A stretch of DNA of 64,000 nucleotides from Octopus vulgaris (taxonomy: Eukaryota), in contig OX597824.1 of assembly GCA_951406725.2 (NCBI GenBank), positions 45,632,001 to 45,696,000 of the forward strand, read 5' to 3'. The translations under genes were made by a program, and so were the position numbers. Positions 10,949-22,263 of this stretch are shown here, piece by piece. Numbering within the stretch: the stretch's first letter is position 1; each line of letters starts with the position of its first letter. Under the pieces are notes generated by a model. It was not told the origin of the DNA, searched no databases, and saw only the letters and a program-made list of their open reading frames with translations.

Positions 10949-13900
10949 TGTATATATGTGTGTGTGTATGTATATATATATATACATATATTGTTATTTA
11001 TATGTATATATATATTTCTGACTTCCTTATTGTCTGTATCAAAATTTTGTCTGCCCCTTACTCTTTGACTTCAAACTATTAAGGGAAACAATAAAATCAT
11101 TTTAAATTTAACTTGCTGACTTAACTCTTAGCTAGATTATTAGCTTCTGCATCACCACATAATAATGATATTATTTCTTAGCTATTTCTTTCTATTGTCC
11201 ATTGTCTTGGGCCTTGAAATGTCCCCTATTGTTCCATTTGCATTATTGCTCTGCAATCTTGCCATCATTGTACATTTAATGATTTTTATTTGTTATTTTC
11301 TGAAGGTAAAAAAAAATTTGTAAAGCATTCATATTTCATATGAGAGGTATTGATTTAATATATGAAACTGTTTCAACTGGAAATTGAAACTAAATCCGAG
11401 ATTTTGTTTTAGTAACAGGTTCTTATTTAGATGCAGAAATTAGGATGTGTCGGGGAGAATGAGAAGCTGCAGCTTCTGCACTATTTCCAAGGGCATTAGT
11501 AAAACAAGTGAAGTGAAATGTTGCCAATATTTAATAACTTTACAGACGAAAATTGCATCAAATGAAATTAACACATGTTATACATAAAATCCAGTGATAA
11601 CTCTGGAACATTTTTCTGGTTTGAAATCAGATGCTATTGGGATAATCTTCACATTTCTTCTCACAAGCCTATATAAAATTAGTACCATTTAATATATGTG
11701 GGTCAACTAAATCAAACATTCCTTTCTCCTGTAAAAGTTGGCTCCATGCCTAACTAACATAAACCATCATTTTGTGAACCAAGTGATGTATAACTGAAGC
11801 AAAAATATTTTATAGCTAGATGATGCTTTCTTTTCAGATATTAAGACAAGACAAAATTGATGTTTTGAGATCATACAATCAGTTACAGTATAGAAATAAA
11901 CAAACACAACTGAGTCTTTAACTCTTGATACCAACCCACTTGAGCACATCCATGGTTCTATGATACAAACTTCCTATTTTATAGTGATCTAAATTTGAAA
12001 CTTTTCATATTAATTTATGTTCCAAATATCAACTTAATTGACATTTATTTTACTAAATTCTTAATAATGTTCAAAATTAATTTAAACATGAGAAATATGG
12101 TAACAGAAGTCCAGAGGCTCTAATTCAATTCTGCCATGAGTAATATATTTGAGCATTTAATTGAAAATAAGATACTAAATAGTGCAGTTTCAATGTTCTG
12201 ACTTGACAATCAGTTGATGTTAACTTGGTCTTTCAGTCTTCTGTATTTGATGATGAGTATCAGTAGGATATTGATGTCAGTTTAATCAACCACACGCTTT
12301 AATTAAATAAATAAATCCTTCCTTAATTACCTGTCTAATATTCTGATCAAATCAATTATTTAAGTTCATATAATCAAGTACATTGATCCTCTGTGTGATC
12401 AACCTTATTGACTTATTGATAAAACCAATGGGACTTAGATTCCTGTTCTGGTGACATCCATGGAAAAAACTGATCTCAGCACTGCAAGTGACAAAAGACA
12501 TGTCAGTTGAGCTTGCTGTTGCTTTTAACATTGACACTTTCTACTTAATGATTATCTACATATTGTTAAATCTACTCTACTCTTAAGAGCTTGGGCACTC
12601 ACCCACTCAGCGACTGGGTATTAACCATTTAACCACATGCTTGTGCTTGTGATTCATCCTTGCGCATTATCATCTTTCAGTGTCTGGCTTCCATGCTGGC
12701 ATGAGTTGGGCTGTTCAACATGGATCTGGTGAGAGGATTATGTAATGTTTCCCTGTTTACTTTTGCATGGGTTTCCTGGCTAGATGCTCTTCCTAATGCC
12801 AACAACTTCACAGAACATACTGGATACTTTTTTCATAGCACTAGCACTTAGGAAGATTGCCTCATAACTTGCAAGGCTAAGGGCCTAGAATCACTCTTAT
12901 TACTGAGGGAGAATAGAAAAGAGAGGGTACGATGATTGTAGGTAGAAGGATGAGTACAAGTAGTGGAGGAGGCACTAATTAGTGGGGATGGAGTATAGCA
13001 GGGAACAAAGAAAAAGGAAGGGATTAGTGAAGAGTTATTGAGAAAGATGGTAAGACAGTGGAAAGGTGAAAGGTAGGTTTTCTAAGGCTACTCTATATCA
13101 TATGGGTGAGTATGAATGGGACTGTAAGGGAAAGGGGACATAAGCAGCAATAGGCTATAGTGGAGAAGAATCCTGAAAGAAAGAGAGTGGAAAGTGTGAG
13201 AGCAGATCAGAGTGGGGGGAGATACTGGAGGGTGCTATAGAAGTAGAGTGTGAATGCTACAAAATATCCTCGATGGGATGGCAGAGGATGGAGAGAGAGG
13301 AGTATTGGGGAAAACAGTTGGTGCAATAAAGTAAAGAAGGTTAGAGGATATTCTAGAGATATAAGGGCAGGTAGTGAGATAACAGTAAGAGGAGGTGTTG
13401 AGTGGCAATAGATCTAAGACCTAAGAGAGTGCGCTGATGGTAGTACAGAAGTGTGAGTATAATAAATGAGGTGGTAGGTAGTCATGACTAGTGAATGGGG
13501 AGGATGTAAGTGATGGGTGGTAAGGTAGGTTTGGCAAGGATTTTATCCAATGTTTGTTTGCTTCCGTTACTGGTGAATTATATCTGCCAACATTATGAAG
13601 TAACTCTGAGCCTCCAGAAACAGCTGTCAGACTTGTAACACCATACCTTCTCCCCTCTAATTCTTTGAGTCTATGTAATCTGAGTAAGTTTGCTCTGCAC
13701 GCACGCCTGTGGGTTCTGGCTATATCTCGGGTTCGTGGCTGGGCCGGCGCATTGTGCCTGGGGTTTCTCTTGCGCCTGTCACTGCAGGAGTATTTTCCAT
13801 CATTCCTTCAGTCGCGAAGTGTTTCCTTGCATGCATATATACACACACATATAAACATATAAACACACATATAATACCCCTACATTTTGTACACACATGC

Positions 13901-14883
13901 ACATGCATACATACATTCACTCCCACGCACTTACACACATTTACATATATATATACAATACACGCACACACACTTACGTACAAACACACACGAATTCACA
14001 TATACATATACACTACATATACCTGCACGCACACATACACATACGTACACACATATAAGCACAGACACACACATACATACGCACGCACACATACATACAT
14101 GCACACAATCATACATATACGCACATATAAGCACACACATACACTTAGTTAAGCACAGTTACTCGCCATACACGCAAAAAACCCACACGTACACACACAC
14201 ATACTACAACAAAACACACACGAGACATGTACACGCACACACACATTCCTTCCTGTTTCTGACCTGTGACTCGCTATTGCTGCTTGCCACTAGCCTTCGC
14301 CCACCATATACACACATACACACACACGCACACACTCACACACACACCCTTGTCATCTCGCACACCATTGTTTACCATTCCTTCTTTGATTCCGCTCTCC
14401 TGTCTTTGAAAACCTTGCTCTCTCTTGTTTACCACTTCCGCCTCTTCAGTATGTGACCTCGTGAACACCACTTGCATTTTTTTCCCCCTCTGTCCTCCCA
14501 CCTTGGGATCTTTCTTTCTCCTATGTTTCCTTCTTCCCTTTTTTCCTGAGTGCCCAATAATACTTTATTTGTTCCACATCCTCGCGTTGTTGTCTTTTTG
14601 TTTTCTTGTTTGGATTAACTTTATATATATGTATATATATATAGTTATACTTGAATGTTAACCATATGAAAATCTTTCAGTCTTTGCCTTTTCTTTATTC
14701 ACATGTATACATGTATATATATTCTTTATCTGTCAAACCCAAGGAGTTTTATCTGTCCATTTGCATCATTTTCTCCATATCTATTCACTTGGATTCCCCT
14801 TATAGCCACTCTTTACCCCATTAACTTGGTCCTCGGTAAAGATTCTGGAGTGTAAGTTCAAATCTTTTGAATGTTACGAAGTG

Positions 14884-14965
<82 letters not shown>

Positions 14966-15029
14966 CATATACACACATATATAAATTGCAATTTCTTAAA
15001 CACTTCTCTTGTGTTAAGGTGCATTTTGC

Positions 15030-15470
15030 ATGGTGGATGAGTCTTCTGTAGCACCATATATTGCTAGTCAGTAGTTTTCTTTGTCATTGCCTCTGTAACA
15101 CGTCACATCTTTAGCTTAGCCTTCACCACTTCCTCCTGTCTCCCTTGGTCTCCCTCTTTCAAAGGTTCCACTAACTTTGTGTGCTTGAACTTATGTATAC
15201 AAGTCATCCTCCATATGCTTTGCAACCTCTTTTGCTCATTACACTTGGTTTCTCTTAAACCCGGTTTTTCTCTTAGCTCATTTGTACTCTAGCTTTCATG
15301 CACACTAACATTACACATCCATTGGAGCATACTCACTTCGTTTCTTTCAAAACCTCACAAGTCTTCTACATAGCTCATTACTATGCAATGTTGCAGGTCT
15401 TACACAAGCATCACACAATCTACACTTCAATCTAAGGGTAAAGATCTTTGTTGCTAGTAACTCCTAGTGA
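15030..15470 (-). mobile_element. Highly decayed RTE LINE fragment
   Basis: Recognisably homologous to 5440-5870 (GTCATTGCCTCTGT..., CACACTAACATTACACATCC, TTTCTTTCAA). Confidence 0.65.
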
Positions 15471-15947
15471 GCCATCTGGGCATTTAAGAGAATTTGTTTC
15501 CATGTACCCATATGTATTGCACCAAAACAAATGCATAGCGATGATCAGGTGATACAATCTTTACCAATTAGTCCATGTGTGTTTTATTTGCCTCTAAGAC
15601 AAGATACTCACACACATACACAAGCTTGCATATTGAAAAAGATTCATTTTTCCTAAGCCAACTTTTATTAATTGCTTAAAAGCTGTCATGTCTAATGCTA
15701 TACATATCAACATGTTTTATGTCTTTATTGATATATATGATTTATACTTTTACCATTTGCTCTCTGATTTCTCATTACATTTTTTTTAACAATTTATATA
15801 TATAATTTTAACAATTTTATTGCAGTAGTCATTGCAGCCATTAAAACACATTGTTATATTAATTTTTACTTTATAATTTTGTTTTGGTAATATATATATA
15901 CAAACATGCACACACATACACACACACAATATATAATATAGTGTAAT

Positions 15948-16543
15948 TGGATGCCCTTCCTAACGCCAACCACTCCGAGAGTGTAGTGGGTGATTTTTGT
16001 GGCACATAAAATCACCCACTACACTCTCGGAGTGGTTGGCGTTAGAAGGGCATCCAGCTGTAGAAACACTGCCAGATCTGACTGGCCTGGTGTAGCCTTC
16101 GGGCTTGCCAGACCCCAGTTGAACCGTCCAACCCATGCTAGCATGGAAAGCGGACGTTAAACGATGATGATGATGATGATGATACATGCACACACATACA
16201 TAATATAATTATATATATAATATAAATAAAAATATATATATATTTATATCATCATCATCGTTTAATGTTCGTTTTCCATGCTAGCATGGGTTGGACAGTT
16301 TGACCGAAGTCTTGGAAGCCAGGAGGCTGCACCAGGCTCCAGTTTGATCTGGCAGTGTTTCTACAGCTGGATGCCCTTCTTAACGCCAACCACTCCATGA
16401 GTGTAATGGGTGCTTTTTACGTGCCACCGGCAAAGGAGGCTGGCAAACGGCCACGATCAGTTGGTGCTTTTTATGTGTCACCGACAAAGATGCCAGTCAG
16501 GTATCACTGGCATCAGCCACGTTCAGATGGTGCTTTTTACGTA

Positions 16544-16545
<2 letters not shown>
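15948..16545. repeat. Three RTE 3'-end copies in alternating orientation forming nested inverted repeats
   Basis: 15948-~15997 pairs with ~16008-16056. The copy at 16011-16185 (+, ending in GAT repeats) is also inverted relative to 16248-16420. Confidence 0.85.
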
Positions 16546-16579
<34 letters not shown>

Positions 16580-16857
16580 ATACAGGATGTCAAAATGTAA
16601 ACAACTTGAAATACGATGGCAAACTTGGGTATGCAAACAACGAGAGAAACAAATGGAAAACAAGACAAGTAACATAAAGAACGACCTGTCATGAGTTGTC
16701 GGCTGTTCATCTACTCCACATTTTGAGCAATTAACAACAGTATGAGGCTTTGAAAAACAGTTGCTCCTTCAAACCAAAATAAAATTTTGTATTTGCAGAG
16801 GGTCAAAGTTGGTAACAAAAACAGGACAGTAGAGACGTACAACAAAACAAATGACAA

Positions 16858-16945
16858 CAAAGAATATTTTTCCAGCGTTCACTACCTTACCTTCTCTATT
16901 AGACCAGAGAAGGTAAGGTAGTGAACGCTGGAAAAATATTCTTTG
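16858..16945. repeat. Perfect 40-bp hairpin with an 8-nt loop
   Basis: CAAAGAATATTTTTCCAGCGTTCACTACCTTACCTTCTCT (16858-16897), loop ATTAGACC, then the exact reverse complement at 16906-16945. Confidence 0.95.
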
Positions 16946-18562
16946 ACAAAAGAAAAAATAGGAAAGGAGACAGATAAAAATGCATCTGGTCTGTGCAACA
17001 GACTGAAGGAAAAGTAAGATGGACGATGGTCATGTGTGAGCAATGAGAGAGTAAAGGAGGAAGAGGGAGGGGGAGGGGAGAAAAAAATTAGAGAAAGGAT
17101 GAGAGAAAAAAACGAAAGGGGGAGAAGGGGAGAAAAAAGAATTAGAGAAAGGAAGAGAGAAAACAAAAGGGGGAGAGAGAGAACAGTACAGAGTAGGGTC
17201 ACATCAAAATTATTAAGATAAACTTACTTGGAAATGGATGCGTGGCGTTCAATCATATAATGATATGAATAAAATATATATGTACATACTTACATATATA
17301 TGTATATGCATATATGGGTACAGGCTTCCATGCTGGCATGAGTTGGGCTGTTCAACAGGGATCTGGTGAGAGGATTACGCAGTGTTTCATTTTTACATCT
17401 ACTTTTCGGTGGGCTTCTTTTAGTTAGTCTACCAAATCTACTCAAGGCTTTGGTTGGCCTGAGGTTATAGCAGAAGACACATGCCCAAGATGCCATGTTG
17501 TGAGATTGAACCTGGAACCATATGGTTGGGAAGGAAACTTCTCACCACACAGCGATGCTTACCCCTATGGATCACTAACCCTTTTGCATTCCGATTGCTT
17601 TGACAAATGTAATGCTTATCTGTTTACATAGTTTTGAATTAATCATGCATTATTTTATAGCTTTGAGATTTTGATAATTTGGTTGTTTATTTTTAAAATG
17701 ACATTGAAGGATAAGTGTGAGAGGCTGAATCTAGATAGTTTGAATGTAAAACAAGGTTGAATATTTGGGTTGGATATGGCCAGCTTAAATGCTTAAAGAT
17801 TAAAACAACTAATTTCCTTTCTCTGTCTTTTGCTCTACTATATTAAGTACTGAACAGTTTTCCTTATTTGATTTTGCATTGTAATAACTATAAACATTAT
17901 GAATTTTGTACTTTGAGTTTTAGCACCATAGCTCAAAGCTCTACATTTCTACAGAAGTTAACAGCAATGGTTTACATCTTTAATATAAGGAGTTAGTTCT
18001 TTTGTATGACAGACTGCACTGGATAGTCTTTTCATCAAAAAGTTATCTTCCAGATATTTAATGCTTGAATGAAATAACTGAAAGCATCTTTGTGTTGTGA
18101 TTTTTTTCCTTGTATGAATAGATCTATTAAAATATTCATCTGCTCAGCTCACCGCCATTCCTTTTATAACATTCACTAAATATATTTCTTTAAATAATTT
18201 ACCTCTAGCATCTGTGATAAACTAATATAAATTGTGTTAGGTCAGTTGAGCTTGCTATTCCAAATATTTTCATCATCATCGTTATTTTTGTCTGTTCTGG
18301 CATGAAGTAGATGAGTCTACAATATAATGTCTCTTTGTAAGTGGCATAATATTCTCAAGATGCAGGCATGGTTATGTGATAAAAAAGTTTGCTTCTCATC
18401 CATATGGTTCTGGGTTCAGTCTCACTTCAAGGCATCTTGGCCTGACAAAAGCTTAAGGGAGGATTTGAAAAACAAAAGCTGAAAGAAGCCCATTGTGTAT
18501 GTGTGTGTGTTTCTCTCTCTCTCTCCCTCTCCTTCCCTCTGTGTGTGTATATATATATATAT

Positions 18563-19220
18563 ATCATCATCATCATTGTTTAACGTCCGCTTTCCATGCT
18601 GGCATGGGTTGGATGGTTTGACTGAGGACTGATGAGACAGAAGGCTGCGCAAGGCTCCAATCTGATCTGGCAAACTTTCTACAGCTGGATGCCCTTTCTA
18701 ACACCAACCACTCCAAGAGTGTAGTGAGTGCTTTTACGTGCCTCCAGCATGAGGGCCAGTCAGGTGGTTCTGGCAACGACCACGCTCACAAGGTGTTTTT
18801 TACATGCTACCTGCACAGGAGCCAGTCTGGCGGCTCTGGCAATCAATGACCACACTCGAATGTTGTTTTTCATGTGCCAGTAAGGCGACACTGACAACAA
18901 TCACACTCGAATGGTGCTTTTTAAGTGCCACCGGCACAGGAGCTAATCTGTGGCCCTGGCAACAATCACACTCAGATGTGCTTTTAACATTCCACTGGCA
19001 CAAGTGCCAATCAGGCGGTCCTGTCATTGGCCACGTCAGCAATTTTGATTTGATTTCACTTGCCTCAATAGGTCTTCACAAGCAAAGTTTATTGTCCAAT
19101 GAATGAGGGGTACTCGTAAGTGGGCTGGTTACATCCCATGCTCAGATGTGTTTTTAATGTTCCACTGGCACGAGTGCCAATCAGGCGGTACTGTCATCAG
19201 CCACGTCAGCGATTTTGATT
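18563..19220 (-). mobile_element. RTE LINE 3'UTR with tandem GTGCTTTT(T)ACGTGCC subrepeats
   Basis: CATCATCATTGTTTAACGTCCG tail and homology to 4941-5370. It includes an ~80 bp direct duplication (18972-19050 / 19141-19220). Confidence 0.85.
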
Positions 19221-21579
19221 TATATATATATATGCATATATATCTGTGTTTGTGATTGTCTCTTTTCCTTACTTGACAACTGGTTTTGGTTTGTTTATCT
19301 CCCCATAAGTTAGCAATTCAGCAAGAGAGACCTGTAGAATAAGCCCTAGGTGATGTCCTGTCATTGCCGCAGTCAAATGACTGAAACCAGTAAAAAATAT
19401 GTGCGTGTGTGTCTCTTTGTGTTAACATTGCATGATGGTTGTTAATCAAGTGTCACCTTCATACAAGTGGTGTCATTCCTTTTCAACCTTCCATGAAAAC
19501 ATGTTTGGCCATGGAAAAATGTTACCTTGCTTGGAAACAGGTGAAGGTTGGCATCAACAAGGGCATCTGGCTATAGAAAAGATGTTTTAACAAATTCTGC
19601 CTATCCCATGCAAGCCTGGAAAAGTAGATATTAAATGGGGATGATGATGTCCTAAATACCTTGAACTTTTCAAATATTATAATCTCCAACTAGTTTCTAA
19701 GCACTGAAACTGTGTACTTAAGATACTGATTTGTGGATTCATGTGCAGTAAATTAAGATTATGATCTGTGTGAAATGAGTTAATGTTCTCATTTTAACTC
19801 TTGGTTGCAGTTATTTCACTTATACTGCTCCTACTCTATGCATTCCATGTCTTTGTTTCTGAGAAATCTTCACAATCCATTCTACTATAAAGTGAAAGTG
19901 AAGTTTATTGCAATGCTATTATAACCCATGATCTTTGACATGGCACAAACAACCAATGTTCTTCTAAATCACTTTTTAGTTGTGGAAGATTTTTTTATTA
20001 AATGTGTTATAATCACATATTTCATTATTAATGAATGTGACATGAACAGATATGTGATAGATAATGCATAGAGTTTCGACTGGGGAAGCTCTACTAATAT
20101 CTCTAAAAAGAGACAGTGGAAAAGCTTGAATATCACAATCTCCCATTTTTCTTCTCTTATAAATTTAGTGTTATAATCTAAGGGGACATAAAAGTTGAAA
20201 AAAAAGATGAAAGTAATTTTAATTCTATTTTCCACTTTACAATTTAAGCAGTGGCTTGGTCTCCTCTCTTCAAACTACAAAGCTTTTGTTCTATTCAGCT
20301 GATAACTCTAAAGTAACAGACCATTATCTGTATTTCTGTTTCTTTGATGTATGTATGAGTTTGATTCTCCAGCACTTTCAGCACATGTTGGAAATGTATG
20401 TCATAAACATGGTGTGAACCTATAAGAAATTAAATTGTTTTACATATACATGAAATCTGCAGTATTATTGTTTAGTATCTTACCATCCCTGATCAAAGCA
20501 ATGCTTGCCATGACCATCCTCTCATTTTTTTTTCAGGCATAGTCTATCTAGGGTTATATTGTATAATGTGTTCATATTTAAAACAGTTGAAGAAAATTTT
20601 ATCACTTTCTCTAGTTGGGCAAGTGACCACATACATAATTTTGTTTTTACTTAGGCATTGAGAACATTCAAAATCCAGTTGCAAATATTCTATAATGTAT
20701 CCTCTTTTATTTTCAAAGCAGTGCTTTTTATTTTTTATATCTTGTTAGACTAAATGAGGTTATTGTAAAAATTTAATCTGATTGTGGGTTAGTAGTTGGG
20801 GAGGTAAACATGAATAGGAAAATTATTCCAGAAAGATGTTGCCCTGGTTAGAAACAATTAGACAAAATATTTAAAATTAAGCCTCAGAAAGAGGAATGAC
20901 AACCACTTGGGTGACAACAAGTGCCTGGCTATCAGCAAGGCCAAAGAAGAAACACAGTCAGTGGATCGTTCTTCTTAGATGAATATAAAGTTCTACTCAT
21001 TTTAAGTCAATAGAAGTTATAGGAACATTCAACTGAGCAAATACATTGTAAATCTTCAAACATTATGATGTGCTGACTGATTGAGATACTGAGTGAGATA
21101 CTACATTGTTTATTGATTTGTACAAGATAATGGCTGTAGTGCACAATGCTATACATATGGTACATTGCTCAAATTACCTCAGTTTACATGGCATTTAAGT
21201 GACTTACTCAGTAGGATATTTAGTCATTAAAAAAATTCTTTAAAATATGTAATAATTTGAAATTTTGCCGAAACACAAAACATATTTGTATTCAAGGCAA
21301 TATGTAAAGTGTTAAAAAAGGACAAAGAATTAACACCAGTTCATTACATTTTATAGATGTATTTTTATTTCCTCTTTAATAAATAATTTTGTGTTCATAT
21401 TTATTTATTTACTACATCATTTTCATTGCTATTATTATTGTAAATAGCATTTGACCATAGACAATACGCTCCTCCCTATTCACCTGCCACCAAAAAAATG
21501 TACTATACAAGCAAAGCATAGATTCTGCAAGCCACAATCACAGGCTGCCCATCTAAAAATACAAAAGCTTGGTATATGT

Positions 21580-21970
21580 GCAGGCGTGGCTGTTTGGGAA
21601 GAAGCTTGCTTAAGGCAGCGAGCTGGCAGAAACGTTAGCACACCCAGCGAAATGCTTAGCAGTATTTTATCTGGCGTTACGTTCTGAGTTCAAATTCCGC
21701 CAAGGTTGATTTTGCCTTTCATCCTTTCGCGGTCAATAAATTCACTACCAGTTACACACTGGGGTTGATGTAATCGACTTAATCCCTTTGTCTGTCCTTG
21801 TTTGTCCCCTCTATGTTTAGCCCCTTGTAGGCAATCAAGAAATAAGAAGCTTGCTTCCCAACCACATGGTTCCAGGTTCAGTCCCACTGCATGGCACCTT
21901 GAGCAAGTGTCTTCTGCTATAGCCTTGGGCTGACCAAAGCCTTGTGAGTGGATTTGGTAGATGGAACTGG
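21580..21970 (+). mobile_element. SINE family 2 (GCAGGCGTGGCTGTGTGGTAAGAAGCTTGCTT head) interrupted by a family-1 SINE
   Basis: The family-1 SINE at 21612-21843 is flanked by the 13-bp direct repeat AAGAAGCTTGCTT (21599-21611, 21844-21856). The host SINE resumes with CCCAACCACATGGTTCCAGGTTCAGTCCC. Confidence 0.9.
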
Positions 21971-22223
21971 TGTAAGCCTTGTTATACAAAAAGACCAGAT
22001 GATTACAATTAGAACACCTTTTGATCAAATAGTTAAGCTGGGCTAAACTGCAACAACCACCACCATCTATTATTTGGAGCATAGAGTTAAGAATAACTAT
22101 ACTCAAATTGGGGTCATCCTGTTGCTTGTATGATTAGGAAGCATCACCTCAGACTGTTTACTCATGTTGCTCAATTTTATAAATTGGGTCCTGCATGTCA
22201 TGTTCACTTCTCAGAGGAGTTGG

Positions 22224-22263
22224 CCACATGTCACATAGTCTGTCATGACTATGTGACATGTGG
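22224..22263. repeat. Perfect 17-bp hairpin inside a LINE-like fragment
   Basis: CCACATGTCACATAGTC-TGTCAT-GACTATGTGACATGTGG. Confidence 0.9.

Noticed and set aside
18728-19010. Regularly spaced GTGCTTTTTACGTGCCACCGGCAC-like repeats with variable spacers, superficially CRISPR-like (also 5103-5260, 16410-16545, 38340-38490)
   Set aside because: The repeats are degenerate, the spacers are related to each other, there are no cas genes, the context is eukaryotic, and they always lie in the RTE LINE 3'UTR. This is an internal minisatellite.
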